NCBI RefSeq assembly: GCF_004010195.1
Contig: NC_057750.1
Coordinates: forward strand, 2,858,112 to 2,922,111
Direction of reading: 5' to 3'
Length of the DNA: 64,000 nt
Source of the DNA: Chiloscyllium plagiosum
Lineage: Eukaryota
The notes below the pieces were generated by a model, which saw only the letters and a list, made by a program, of their open reading frames with translations, had not been told where the DNA came from and made no database searches. Numbering within the stretch: the first letter of the stretch is position 1; the number at the start of each line of letters is the position of its first letter. A program made the translations under genes and the position numbers. Shown one piece after another: positions 10,647-24,623 of this stretch.

Positions 10647-13600
10647 TAGAGTCATAGAGATGTACAGCATGGAAACAGACCCTTCGGTCCAACCTGTCCA
10701 TACTGACCAGATATCCCAAGCCAATCTGCCAGCACCTGGCCCATATCCCTCCAAACCCTTCCTATTCATATACCCATCCAAATGCCTCTTAAATGTTGCA
10801 ATTGTACCAGCCTCCACCACGTCCTCTGGCAGCTCATTCCATACACGTACCACCCTCTGCATGAAAAAGTTGCCCCTTAGGTCTCTTTTCTATCTTTCCC
10901 CTCTCACCCTAAACCTATGCCCTCTCGCTCTGGACTCCCTGACCCCAGGGAAAATACCTTGTCTATTTACCCTATCCATGCTCCTCATAATTTTGTAAAC
11001 CTCTATAAGGTCACCCCTCAGCCTCCGACGCTCCAGGGAAAACAGCCCCAGCCTGTTCAGCCTCTCCCTATAGCTCAAACCCTCCAGCCCTGGCAACATC
11101 CTTGTAAATCTTTTCTGAACCCTTTCAAGTTTCACAATATCTTTCCAGTAGGAAGGAGACCAGAATTGCACGTAATATTCCAACAGTGGCCTAACCAATG
11201 CGCTGTACAGCCGCAACATGACCTCTCAACTCCTGTACTCAATACTCTGACCAATAAAGGAAAGCATACCAAACACCTTCTTCACTATCCTATCTACCTG
11301 CGACTCCACTTTCAAGTAGCTATGTACCTGCACTCCAAAGTCTCTTTGTTCAGCGACACTCCCTAGGACTTTACCATTAAGTGTATAAGTCCTGCTAAGA
11401 TTTGCTTTCCCAAAATGCAGCACCTCGCATTTATCTGAATTAAACTCCATCTGCCACGTCTCAGCCCATTGGCCCATCTGGTCAAGATCCTGTTGTAATC
11501 TGAGGTAACCTTCTTTGCTGTCCACTACACCTCCAATTTTGGTGTCATCTGCAAACTTACTAACTGTACCTCTTATGCTTGCATCCAAATCATTTATGTA
11601 AATGACAAAAAGTAAGGCACCCAGCACTGATCCTTGTGGCACTCCACTGGTCACACACCTTCAGTCTGAAAAACAACCCTCCACCACCACCCTCTGTCTT
11701 CTACCTTTGAGCCAGTTCTGTACCCAAATGGCTAGTTCTCCCTGTATTCCATGAGATCTAACCTTGCTAGTCAGTCTCCCATGGGGAATCTTGTCGAATG
11801 CCTTACTGAAATTCATATAGATCACATCTACCGCTCTGCCCTTATCAATCCTCTTCAAAAAACTCAATCAAGTTTGTGAGACATGATTTCCCACGCACAA
11901 AGCCATGTTGACAATCCCTAAGCAATCCTTGCCTTTCCAAATAGATGTACATCCTGTCCGTCAGGATTCCCTCCAACAACTTGCCCATCACNNNNNNNNN
12001 NNNNNNNNNNNNNNNNNNNNNNNNNNNNNNNNNNNNNNNNNNNNNNNNNNNNNNNNNNNNNNNNNNNNNNNNNNNNNNNNNNNNNNNNNNNNNNNNNNNN
12101 NNNNNNNNNNNNNNNNNNNNNNNNNNNNNNNNNNNNNNNNNNNNNNNNNNNNNNNNNNNNNNNNNNNNNNNNNNNNNNNNNNNNNNNNNNNNNNNNNNNN
12201 NNNNNNNNNNNNNNNNNNNNNNNNNNNNNNNNNNNNNNNNNNNNNNNNNNNNNNNNNNNNNNNNNNNNNNNNNNNNNNNNNNNNNNNNNNNNNNNNNNNN
12301 NNNNNNNNNNNNNNNNNNNNNNNNNNNNNNNNNNNNNNNNNNNNNNNNNNNNNNNNNNNNNNNNNNNNNNNNNNNNNNNNNNNNNNNNNNNNNNNNNNNN
12401 NNNNNNNNNNNNNNNNNNNNNNNNNNNNNNNNNNNNNNNNNNNNNNNNNNNNNNNNNNNNNNNNNNNNNNNNNNNNNNNNNNNNNNNNNNNNNNNNNNNN
12501 NNNNNNNNNNNNNNNNNNNNNNNNNNNNNNNNNNNNNNNNNNNNNNNNNNNNNNNNNNNNNNNNNNNNNNNNNNNNNNNNNNNNNNNNNNNNNNNNNNNN
12601 NNNNNNNNNNNNNNNNNNNNNNNNNNNNNNNNNNNNNNNNNNNNNNNNNNNNNNNNNNNNNNNNNNNNNNNNNNNNNNNNNNNNNNNNNNNNNNNNNNNN
12701 NNNNNNNNNNNNNNNNNNNNNNNNNNNNNNNNNNNNNNNNNNNNNNNNNNNNNNNNNNNNNNNNNNNNNNNNNNNNNNNNNNNNNNNNNNNNNNNNNNNN
12801 NNNNNNNNNNNNNNNNNNNNNNNNNNNNNNNNNNNNNNNNNNNNNNGTTATCTCATTTCTGAAGGCTTCTCATTTTCCAGCCATCCCTTTACCTGCGAAC
12901 ATCTGCCCCCAATCAGCTTTCAAAAGTTCTTGCCTAATAACATCAAAATTGGCCTTCTCTAATTTAGAACTTTAACCTTTAGATCTGGTCATTCCTTTTC
13001 CATCACTATTTTAAATCTAATAGAATTATGGTCGCTGGCCCCAAAGTGCTCCCCCACTGACACCTCAGTCATCTGCCCTGCCTTATTTCCCAAGGGTAGG
13101 TCAAGTTTTGCACCTTCTCTCATAGGTACATCCACATACTGAATCAGAAAGTTTTCTTGTACACACTACAAATTCCTCTCCATCTAAACCTTTAACACTA
13201 TGGCAGTCCCAGTTTATGTTTGGAAAGTTAAAATCCCCTACCATAACCACCCTATTATTCTTACAGATAGCTGAGATCTCCTTACAAGTTTGTTTCTCAA
13301 TTTCCCTCTGATTATTAGGAGGTCTATAATACAATCCCAGTAAGGTGATCATCCCTTTCTTATTTCTCAGTTCCACCCAGATAACTTCCCTGGATGTATT
13401 TCCAGGAATATCCTCCCTCAGCACAGCTGTACTGCTATCCTGTATCAAAAACACCACTCCCTCTCCTCTCTTGCCTCCCTTTCTATCCTTCCTGTAGCAC
13501 TTATATCCTGGAACATTAAGCTGCCAGTTTTGCCCATCCCTGAGTCATGTTTCAGTAATTGCTTTGATATCCCAGTCCCTTGTTCCTAACCATGCCTTGA

Positions 13601-13862
13601 GTTTATCTGCCTTCCCTGTTAGGCCCCTTGCATCGAAATAAATGCAGTTTAATTTTTCAGCCCTACCTTGTTCTCTGCTTTGTCCCTGCCTGCCTGGACT
13701 GCTTGACTCGCTCCTTTTGCCAACTGTACCAGTCTTGGATTGATCTCTTTCCTCATTATCTCCCTGGGCTCCACCACCACCTCCCTCCCCCCCCCCCCAC
13801 AACTAACTTACTAGTTTAAATCCTCTTGAGCAGCTCTAGCAAATTTCCCAGCCAGTATATTA
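10647..13862 (-). mobile_element. Long, young-looking CR1 LINE: end of ORF1, APE endonuclease and RT; disrupted, with an internal gap
   Basis: APE motifs (GLYYRPPN, VMVGDFNFPNINW, ORF 13101..13457); RT motifs ([27 protein letters not shown], ORFs 11226..11867); (ctctatga)n tail. Confidence 0.93.
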
Positions 13863-15254
13863 GTTCTTGGTGGGATGCTCTTCAGAGGGTCAGTGCTGGC
13901 CACATTCTGTTCTGTAGGGATTCGATATTACGTGTCGTTTATGTAATGACCTCCTGGTTAGATCCATCATAAAAGTGCCTGTGAAGAATGAGAATGGTTG
14001 TGAGGCATTCATAAAACAATAGAATTAGATCAAGACAGGATTTTCACTCCGTACTCCTAGACCCTATTTGCAAAATAGACCTATTTTATTCATTTCAGGC
14101 CCCTCTGCCCTCAACTCTTTAGTCCCAACTTGTCTGCAAAATCCCTACGAGATAAAATGCTCAGAGGCAGCTTCATGGAATTGTCATTGATGCTGTTTGA
14201 GTTTAAATTTATTTGACTTCCTTCAAAACAGGTGAGTGTGAGTGACTCTGCATGTGGTCCAGGATGTTGCTCCTCAGACACTGGTGTCAACATGTTCTCA
14301 AAAGTGACACATAACTGAGTCATTCCCGCTGGTTTCCCTGGAAGCAAAATAAGGCACTCACAACCGTTGCCAGGCAACCTGAATTCGGAGTGCTCTTGCT
14401 CTGGAGATTAACCCAGGGAGTTGTTTGGCCCTCACTCTCCTAAACATGTGTGACCTATGCCAATACAGAGGAGATTGTCTGTGATGAGTACAGGCTGTTC
14501 ATCATTAAAGCACAAAACAAAACAATTGAAGGAGCTCTTCAGTTGAACATCAACATTTAAAGAAAGCAGTTAATATTGCACACTCTTGTGGTGTGCTGGT
14601 ACTGCCTCTGCCTCTCGGCCTGAAGCTCTGAGTTCAAGTCCCCAAATGTAGGTCTGAACAAGTTAATCAACAATGTCTTTAACATTGTACAACACAGAAG
14701 GAGCAGTGGGCAACTTTGGAATGAAAGCAGAGTTTGGAAAGTGGTGAATTTGGATTTTTGCAGTGCAGGGGGTGGTGAAGGCCCACCAATTCTACCTTGT
14801 CCTGCTTTTTAAACCCTTCTCGGATCTTCTCTCTTCAAGTGCATCCCATTGGGATATGTGCTCTTCCAACTTTATTTGGTCTCCCCAGCCCATCAGACAC
14901 TCTTTTGCGACCTTTGAGTTCTGTGGGTTGGAATGGGAGCCTCCGCAAGAACTGATTTACTCTCTTTTCTTCAGGGTTTCCAATGACCTTACACTGACAT
15001 CATGAACAAACAGTCCGAAGTAGCACCCACATTGGTCTACCAGTCTCTCATTACGCAAAACCATACATGAAACCTCAAATTTCTAATGAGCTTGGGGCAG
15101 CAGTAGGGGGAGTGCCTTGCAGGTTTGAAAGAGAATGGATGCAGTGATGGGGTCATGTTTGTTTGTGTGTCTGTCTGCACAAATAGGTCGTCCATAGCTA
15201 CAAATGTACACATGCGCACATTGGGGGCATGAGTATTTATGCTTTCTTTAATAC

Positions 15255-16290
15255 TCTCATGGAATATAAGGCCAGCATTTATCGCCTGTCTCTATTTGCC
15301 CTTGAGAAGGTGAGCTGCCTTCTTGAACCACTGCTGTCGATTTGGTGTAGGGACACCCAGAATACCATCGGGGGTGAGTTCCAGGATGCTGACCCAGCGA
15401 CACTGAAGGAATGGTGATATTTTTCCAAATCAGGATGGAGAGTGGCTTCAAGGGGAACTTGCAGGGGGTGGTGTTCCCATGGATTTGCTGTCCTTGTCCT
15501 TCTAAATGTAGTAGTCATGGGTTTGGAAGGAGCTGTAGGAGAAATTTTACTGAGTTACTGCAGTGTCTTGTGTAGATGATATTTGCTGCAGCTACTGAGC
15601 GTCAGTGGTGGAGAGAGTGAATGTTGAAGGAGGTGGTTGAGGTGCCAAGTGGGCTGCTTTGTCCTGGATGGTGTTGAGCTTCTTGAGTGTTGTTGGAGCT
15701 GACACTATCCAGGGCAAATGGGGAGTATTCCATCACACTCCTGACTTGTGCCTTGTAGATGGTGGACAGGCTTTGGGGAGTCAGGAGGTGAGTTACTCAT
15801 CTTAGAATTCCTACCTTCTGACTTGCTGTAGTAACCACTGTGTTTATATAGCCAGTCAGTTTCTGGTCAATGCTAACCTCCAGAATGTTGATAGTGGAGA
15901 ATTCAATGATGGTAATACTATTGAACATAATGGTAGAATGGTAAGATTTTCTCTTGTTGGAGATAGTCATTGCCTGCTACCTCTGTGAGGTACATATTAC
16001 TTGCCACTTACCAGTCAAAGCCTGGATATTGTCCATATTTTGTCGCATTTGAACATGGGCTACTTTAGTATCTGAGGAGTCACAAATGATGCTGAACAGT
16101 GTGTAATCATCAGGAAAAATCCCCACTTTTGACCTTATGATGGAGGAAAGACCATTGATGAAACAGCTGAAAGCTGGTACACTATCCTGAGGAACTCTGG
16201 CAGAGACATCCTGGAGCTGAGGTGACTAACCTCTAACAACCACAACCATCTTCCTGTGTGCCATGTATGACTCTAACCAGCACTTTTTAC
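15255..16290 (-). mobile_element. Degenerate CR1/L2-clade LINE fragment (RT to 3' end)
   Basis: Reverse complement contains VPQ-S-V-like and VRSVMEYSP-like remnants; homologous to 3990-4860. Confidence 0.75.
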
Positions 16291-16654
16291 TGAAAATAGA
16301 TGTAAGTATCTCAGCTGTGCGCATTGATGAGCTGGGCATCCTCCCGCATAATTGAAGACAGTGATCATTGTGGATCCTTAACCTCCGATTGGTTAATTAA
16401 TAATCCACCATCATTCCTGACTGGGAGTGGCAGATCTGAGCTGTTGGTAAGGATAGCAATATTCCTTCCTGAAAGAGCATGAGTGAACCCAATGCATTTT
16501 GAAACAAACTGACTATCTTTGTAATTTCAGATTTTATTGAATTAAAATTTTATTTTACACTAAATCGACAGGACATTGGTCTGGGGCTATTATTCCAGTG
16601 ACATTATCACTGCTGATGTGTATGTGTACAGTGTGAGTTGGATGAAAGTAAGAA

Positions 16655-19600
16655 CAACAATTTCTGTTTTTGTTTCAGATTTCCAGTGTCTACAGTTATT
16701 TCTTTCAGTATTTAACTCACTGTCACATCTCTTCCACCTTGAAGAAGTTTTCATCCGCTTTCTGACAGGACTTCCATTCCAATCTGTTTTTCTTCTTCTT
16801 GTCCACTGTCACTAATTTCGCTGTCACTCCTGGTGTTTGACCAGGTATTTGCCAAAACTCACTTCCACAGCCACATCACATTCCTCAGTGACTGCCTCGG
16901 GCTCCGGCTCCCTCCACGTGGATTCCAACTCAAGTTTCGTCCCTTGTGTTTTGAATCCACCCAGGATCACAGGTATCTCCATGAGGTCCAACATTCCTCA
17001 GATAGTCCTTGCCACATCCTGAGATCAACACTCAGTGCCATGCATCGCCACATGCACACTCTCAATCTCTCTCCAACGGCACCACCTCACACCAGCTCCA
17101 TGTCATCCTCCAGTTCATTCAACGTTCCAACAAGGAATTTCTTCACTTCCTATCAGGCACTATGGAACACAGATGCAGCAACTCAGAGGTACCCACAGCC
17201 CTCCAGAACAATCCTCCCCTCCCCTTCCCTCTGACTCCATCCCCTCTCCCAACCCCACCTCCTGTCATGTATTCACTATCCCTCATGATCTTTCGCTCTC
17301 TGATGCTGAATGTCCTGTGCTCAACAAAGGTCTTAGTTTTCCCCCTCTGTTTCCCATCTTAATGAATTTCGGGAATGACATGACATTGAACTCTCCTTCT
17401 GTTGTTTTCACCTCCGTGCCCATTTCTTTGGACAAGAAATCTTCCCATCCCCCAGCTCCAATATCCTCCATCCACCAGAACCCCTCCCTCTGGCCTATTA
17501 CATGCACTCTATCTGTTCATTGAAAACTGTTGACGTGACATTAGTCACCTCTACCTGCCCTTACCCATTCCAACCCGTCTCCATCTGAACTGCCTGCACT
17601 CCCCGCTCTCAGATCCCACCCTGACTTTGTCATTAAGCCTGGGCTGGCAAGGGTGGTGCTGGTGCACTGACTCCTACATTGCAGAGGCTGAGCGCCGGCT
17701 CTCAGACACCTCCTCCTATCTCCCCTGGACCATGACCCTGCCACAGAACATCAGGCTATTGTGTCCACAATAGCTCACTAACCTTATTTCATCTGGTAAT
17801 CTCCCCAATCCCCACCACTGCATCCAAGCTCATCATCACCCAACCCCACACAGCTCGCTTCTCCCTCCTTCCCAAAATCCACAAACAGGATGCATTGTTT
17901 CTGCCCGTTCCTGCCCCTTGGAACTCATTTCCTCCTACCTTGATTTAATCTTTTCTCCCCGTGTCCAGTCCCTTTCCACTTACAGAGGGATTCCACTGAT
18001 GCTTTACGTAGGTTTCAGAGTTTCCAGCTCACGGGCTCCAGCTGCCACCTCTTTACCATGGAAATGCAATCCCATTACATCCCTGCCAGGATGGTCTCAG
18101 GACTCTACATGTCTTCCTGGAAAAAGGAGGTGAACCATCTCCATTCATGACTGCCCTCCTCTGCCTGGCCCAGCTCATCCTCACCCCCAACAACATCTGG
18201 AACAAAACCAGGAATTGCTGGAAAAGCTCAGCACGTCTGGCAGGATCTGTGGAGGGAAAGCAGAGTTAATGTTTCGGGTTGAGTGACCCTTCCTCAGAAC
18301 TGCTCTTTTAACCTTCTTGCTTTCCTCAGGTCAGACGGGGCGGCCATGGGTATGTGCATGAGCCCCAGTAATGTCTGTCTCTTTGTGGGGCATGTGGAAC
18401 ATTATTTGTTCCAGTCCTATTCCGGCCCCATCCACAACTCCTTCTCTGTTACATTGATGACATAATCAGTGCTGCTTCCCTATGCTCATCTGGAATTGGA
18501 AAAGTTTATCAATTTCGCTTCCAATTTCTACCCACTCTCACCTTCACCTGGTCCACCTCGACTCCTCCATTCCCTTCCTTGACATTTCTGTTTCCATTTC
18601 TGGGGCTAGACTGACCATCAATATCCACTACAAATGCACCATCCCCCACAGTTATCTGAACTATACATCCTCACGCCCTGCTCTCTGTAAAGACTCTATT
18701 CCATTCTCTTAGTTACTCCCATCTCCATCACGTCTGATGATGCCAACTTTGAAAAAGGGGCTTCTGAAATGTCCACCTTCTTCCTCAAACGAGGATTCCC
18801 CAGCACCATAGTTTACAGGGCCCTCAGTCATCTCCCACATTTCAGCCCTCAGCCCCTTTCTTCCCTCAACAATGATTGGGCCCCCCGACACTTCACCTAC
18901 CATTCCACCTGCAATAACATCCAGAGGTGGCCATTTCGCCACTTCCAGCAGGATGCCAGTACTAGATGCATATACCAATCCCCTCCCTTGTCAGCCTTCT
19001 GGAAGGACCATATTCTCTGGCACACCCTGGTCCACTCCTCCCTCACCCCCAACATTCCCCCACAGCTCCATGGCACCTTCCCATGCCACCACAGAAAGGG
19101 TAACACCTGATAGTTTACTTCCTCCCTCCTCAGTGTCCAAGAGACCAAACACATATTCCAGGTGAAGCAGTGCTTCACATGCACTTCACTCAATCTAGTC
19201 TACTCCATTTGCTGCTCACAGCGTGGTCTCTACGTTGTGGAAATGAAACGTAGGCTGAAAAAGACCTTGAGCTCCCAGTTGCTTGCCACTTAAAGACATA
19301 CCCTGTTCTCCTGCCAACATCTGTCTCAGGTTTGCTGCAGTGCTGCATTGAATCTCAGCGCAAACTGGAAGAACAGCACCTCATCTTCCACTCGGGAACT
19401 CCGCATCCTTCTGGATTTAATATCGAGTTCAACAATTTTACGGATTGAGGTACCTTTTCCCATGCTTTCCCCCCACCCTCACACACCAGACCTTGGCATC
19501 ACATGGGCTGCTACCACACACTACTCATTATTGGTCACTAACAGTCCCCATTAGCAGCTTCAATGCACCCGACTAACCTTTAACTACTCCTTTGTCTGTC

Positions 19601-19830
19601 CAACTGTTTTTTCTCTATGTTTTGGCTCGACCTTGTCCCCCTCCACCCACTCCATCTTCTGTATAAAAATATCCTTTTTCCTAGCTACCACCAGTTCTGA
19701 GGAAGGGTCATCAACCTGACCCGTTAACTCTGATTTCTCCTCACAGATGCTGCCTGACCTGCTGAGCTTTTCCAGCTATTTCTGTTTTTGGTTCAGATTT
19801 CCAGCATCCACAGTTCTTCTGGCTTTTTTG
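16655..19830 (+). mobile_element. Near full-length degenerate Penelope-like element (Neptune-like; RT + GIY-YIG) with a direct partial pLTR
   Basis: LLPKIHK (~17865), GAAMGMCMSPS..LF (PLE RT, ~18337), YIDD (~18450), TFPC..K linker, FTCTS-NLVY-ICC (GIY-YIG region ~19175). Terminal repeat atttctgtttttg..tcagatttccag at ~16660 and ~19778; hammerhead remnant ~19698. Confidence 0.85.
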
Positions 19831-20839
19831 AAGGTTAGAGCATGACTGAATTTGCTTAAATTTGGACAGAGTGATTAGCGCTTGGTGGTTTATACCTGAG
19901 GAGTTAGTTTCTTCAGGGGATTAGGATGAAAAACATATCTAAGAGAACTATTTAAAAAATAGGTATGCAAAGATTTAAGTGTTTTCAGAAGAATGAGTGG
20001 TGAATACATGACAATATTTTTATTAGGCTTCATTTATTCATGTTGGAAACAATGATAATAGGGTGAGCGTGTTATCAGACTAATTCTGGAAAACTGCCCA
20101 AAATAGTCTTCTTAAAGTTCCATCTCGTCGTACTTTACCATTTCTGAATAAAGTGCTGAGGGGAACTGTTATTTATATCTGTTATTGTAAACACTTTGAA
20201 TGTCACATTGAGACAGGAATTACAAGTTGTCATGGTGATGGTAGCAGTGTTAGTGAAGAGGTCAGAGTTCATGCAATAGCAAGGTCAGGAGTAGTCCATT
20301 AAGGAACACAAATTCTCTGTATAATGGGGTTTTAAGCACCCATGGCTCATCATTCACATATTTGGCATTTTCTTTTTGTTTTCTACAGGTTCCTCTTAAC
20401 GTATTTAGACAGGGATAGAGACTGAAATCAACCTCCACATCAACCCCAACCCTTCAAATTAAAATTTCCTCACTTGTTTTTTTTAAGAAACATGGCGATT
20501 TTCCTTCCAATCTGGCTTATTTCAAACCTGCCAGCTTCCATTTCTCACTGAATCTTTCTCTCGCCCCCAATTCCACAAAACTCTGTGACGGGGGTGGATT
20601 AGGAAAGATCTATTTGCCTCAGCAGTGAGCCTGGTGACCGAGGGCATGGATTTAAAGTGGAGGGAATTCTGAAGAAATGTTTTCATCTCCCCAACTTGCA
20701 GATGGTACAGGGGTCTCCTTGTTTGGTTACTAGAGCCAGAAACCCTCACCCAGTTTCGAAAAGCTTGCATAATTAACTGAAGTGCTGTAGCCTACATAGC
20801 TACAGACCAGTGGCTGGGAAGTGGGATAATGCTGGGTGG

Positions 20840-21910
20840 TTAGAATGTGGAACAGTACAACACAGGAACAGGCCCTTCAGCCCACAATGTTGTGCCAAAC
20901 CTGACACCAAATTAAACTAATTCCTTCTGCCTGCCCTTGGTCCATCTCCCTCCATTCCTTGCATATTCATGTGCTTATCTAAAGATCTCTTAAATGCCCC
21001 TATCAGATCTGCCTCCACCACCATCCCTGGCAATGCGTTTCAGACTCCTACCACTCTCTGTGTAAAAAACTTGCCCCTCGCATCTCCTTTGAACCTCCTC
21101 TCTCTCACCTTAAATCCATGCCCCCTAGTTTTAGACATTTCAATTCTGGGAAAAAGATTCTGACCATCTACCCTATCTATGCATTTCAGAATTTTTCAGA
21201 TTTCTAATAAGTCTCTCCTCACCCTCTGCTGCTCCAGAGAAAACAGTTTTTCTAGCTGCTCCTTATAGCTCATACCCTCTAATCCCGGTAAATATCTTCT
21301 TCACCCTCTCCAAAGCCTCCACATCTTTCCTGTAATGTGGCGACCAGAATTGAACACAATAGTTCTTTGGTTTTTTTGTGGTCAGCATCAACACCATAAG
21401 ATCGTGAGGAGGCCAATTCGGCCCCTAGACCCTGTTCCAACCATCCAATAGGATCATGGCTAATGCAACATTCCTCACATCCACTTTCCTGTATTTCCCT
21501 GTAATCCTCGATTCCCCGACCGATCAAGAATCTATTGATCTCAGCCTTAAATATACACACGGGCTCTGCCCCCACAGCTCTCTGGGACAAGGAGTTCCAA
21601 AGACTCAAACCCTCTGAGGGAAGAAATCCCTCCCCATCTCAGCCTGAAATTGGTGCCCCTTTATTTTGAGACTGTGCCCTCTGGTTCTAAACTCTCCCAT
21701 GTGGGGAAACATCCTTCAGCATTGACCCTGTCAAGTCCCTTACAGAATCCGAGATATTTGATTGGGATCACCTCTCATTCTTCTCAACTCCAGGGAGTAG
21801 GGTCTCAATTTTTTTAACCTTTGCTCATAAGACAATCCCTCCATATCAAGTATCATGCTAGTAAACCTTCTCTGAACTGCCTGCAGTGAAATGATACCTT
21901 TCCTTAAATA
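20840..21910 (-). mobile_element. Two adjacent older CR1-type 3' fragments
   Basis: VVGVWNALPG / LWNSLSQRAV-type C-terminal remnants on -. Confidence 0.75.
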
Positions 21911-23138
21911 AGGTAATAATGGCTCCTTGCCTCATAATAATTTTTTCTGATTCTGTGATTCCATGTAAGTTTCTATCAGTGAAAGCTCTTCATCATCTAT
22001 TGTGGACTGCCCACCCAACCCCAGTCATTATTAATGGAGCCAGGAGTAGGCAACAATAATTATCTGTGAGCATTAGTGGACAAGAGAGGGAAGGAAAAAG
22101 ATGTGACCTCATCAGACAGCCTAGCAACAAGACTGAAGCTTGACAAAGCATTGGCTGGGTCTTATAAATCAAGGCTTCTTCACAAAACCTGCTAAAGGCA
22201 ACAAAGAGCAATGCATTCAGAAAACTCCACTCAATCCTAATTACTTCTTCCTCAAGACGGGAAACAACAATGACCATTGTCACCCTTTCTGTTTGGTAAA
22301 AGATGAAGTTTCTGAACAGACAAGACCTGGAGGGATTAGCAACCAGCAACGATCTTGTTCCAAAAAGACATGCCTTGCCATGTGCCGTTGCGAGAGATTA
22401 AAAAGTTCAGTCTGCAATGTGAGGTGCCCATCATCTTAATATGACTTCACCGTAGGCTGGACACAAATTGCTTGTTAAATCATCAAACAATAGTCCTGAC
22501 TTAAAAGCCTCACAGCATTATTTAAGGTGGCCTAATTTCCAACATGCTGTTTCCCAGTACGATCGCATTGACAGACAGATTGTCTTCCAATCTGATTTCC
22601 TTCCGTTCCCAGGAAAGAGACTGCAACCATTCACCAGAACACTGGTCAGTTTCTGGCTTCAAGGCTGTCAAGGCAACCTTGGAAAGTGCTGTTGAAGGAG
22701 TGTCAGTGAGTGCCTGCTGTACAATGGGATACAATGCTGCCACTGTGTGTGTTGGTGACCAAAGGGCTGAACCTCCAAAGAAGTGGATGGGATGCCAACC
22801 AGATGGGCTGCTTTGATCAGCTGTCAGTTGGAGGGGTCGATATTAGGCAGGACTCCTACTTTTCTCCAAAATATTATCATAGGATTTTTTACAACCACTT
22901 GAGAGAGATCAGGTGGGGGTTTGAATTAATGGTTCTGGGTACAATCAATAAATGCAGATACAAAAGTGTCCTTTTGCAATATTTATTTCATTTTCAAAAC
23001 ATAGATCTGATTCTTCTAAGAAAAATATTTTGCAAACTTGACCTCTTTTATCTTTTCTTATCACCTTTTATAAAGAACTATCTTCTGGAGTAGTAACATA
23101 AAGAAATATAAGGCCATAAGAAATAGGAACAGGAGGAG

Positions 23139-23360
23139 TACTAAGTTAAAACTCACACAACACCAGGTTATAGTCCAACAGGTTTATTTGGAAACATTAG
23201 CTTTCGGAGCGTCGCTCCTTCAGGTGGTTGATGAACCTCCTGACGAAGGAGCGACGCTCCGAAAGCTAGTGCTTTCCAAATAAACATGTTGGGCTATAAC
23301 CTGGTGTTGTGTGAGTTTTAACTTTGTACACCCCAGTCCAACACCGGCATCTCCAAATCA
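23139..23360. mobile_element. Palindromic short PLE insertion (family 2)
   Basis: Inverted arms from 23138 to 23329 plus a 31-nt right tail; TSD gaacaggaggag at 23127-23138 and 23361-23372. Confidence 0.88.
23237..23272 (+). ncRNA. Minimal type I hammerhead ribozyme motif (PLE-type)
   Basis: CTGACGA-A-GGAGC(GAC)GCTCC-GAA-AGCT-A. Confidence 0.72.
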
Positions 23361-23628
23361 GAACAGGAGGAGGCAATTCAGCCCCTCAAATCTGTTCCAC
23401 CGTTCAATAGGATCATGGCTGATCTGATGGCAAGTAGAAAATGAAATTGGCATTTGAATTTAGCTAAGGTTTTTGACAATAGGATGAAATTAAATTATCA
23501 GGACTGATGTTAACTTAATGATTAGTGGTAACTTAACCTGAAAGTCAGCATACCTCAGGCAAGAGAGGGGTTGAAAAATAGAGCCCTTCGTGGTCACATC
23601 AGTTAGTGCAGGAATTAAACTCATGCAA

Positions 23629-23956
23629 TTAGATTAGATTACATTACATTACATTACATTACAATGTGGAAACAGGCCCTTCGGCCCAACAAGTCCACAC
23701 CGACCCACCGAAGCGCAACCCACCCAAACCCATACATTTACCCCTTACCTAACACTACGGGCAATTTAGCATGGCCAATTCACCTGACCTGCACATCTTT
23801 GGAGTGTGGGAGGAAACTGGAGCACCCGGAGGAAACCCACGCAGACACGGGGAGAACGTGCAAACTCCACACAGTCAGTCGCCTGAGGCGGGAATTGAAC
23901 TCAGGTCTCTGGCGCTGTGAGGCAACAGTGCTAACTACTGTGCCACCGTGCCGCCC
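23629..23956 (-). mobile_element. Young V-SINE (HE1-like) with a (TGTAA)n/(TCTAA)n tail
   Basis: Complete head gggcggcacggtggcacagt on -; nearly identical to 41791-42090. Confidence 0.92.
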
Positions 23957-24080
23957 GTATCAGTATCATGCTGCATCACGGACCAGCTATGCAGCCAACT
24001 GGGTTAACCAATCCCCAGACAGGAGAATAGTTCAAATGGTGACATTCAGCAGTATTCAATCAGTGATGCTGACCATGCAA

Positions 24081-24111
<31 letters not shown>

Positions 24112-24623
24112 CGCTGACCATGCAACTATCTGTGGTAACCATACCCGATCAATGAATATTTTTAACATGTATGCCTTGAAACGGAAGGTGCATTAAAACA
24201 ACACATTAATGCAAATTTTTTTAAAATTGCAATTGTTGGTATTGCTAGTTGCCCCTTGAGAAGAGGGAGGTGAGCTACTTTTTTGAATTGCTGTAGTCCA
24301 TGTGCTGTAGGTTGACCCTTAGGAAGGAATTCCAGGATTCTGACCCAGTGACACTGAAGGAACGGCGATATATTTCTCAGGACGGTGAGTGGCTTGGAGG
24401 GGATCTTTCAGGAGCTGGTGTTCCCATGTATCTGCTGCCCTTGTCCTTCTAGATGGAAGTGGTCGTGGGTTTGGAAGGTGCTACCTAAGGAGCCTTTGTT
24501 AGTTTGTACAAAAATAAGAGAATTCAATTCTGTGAATTGATGAAAGAAACTGTGAGAATTCTCCTTAGCACAGACGTTTATGAGGATATTGAATAGAAGT
24601 GTTCAAATTAAACGATAGAGTAA

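Larger units (their letters stand above)
10158..13925 (+). mobile_element. V-SINE split by a PLE palindrome (10345-10560) and a long CR1 (10647-13862)
   Basis: Head and V-domain at 10158-10344; resumes 10561-10646; 3' part (ggtgggatgctcttcagagggtcagtg) at ~13868-13925. Confidence 0.75.
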
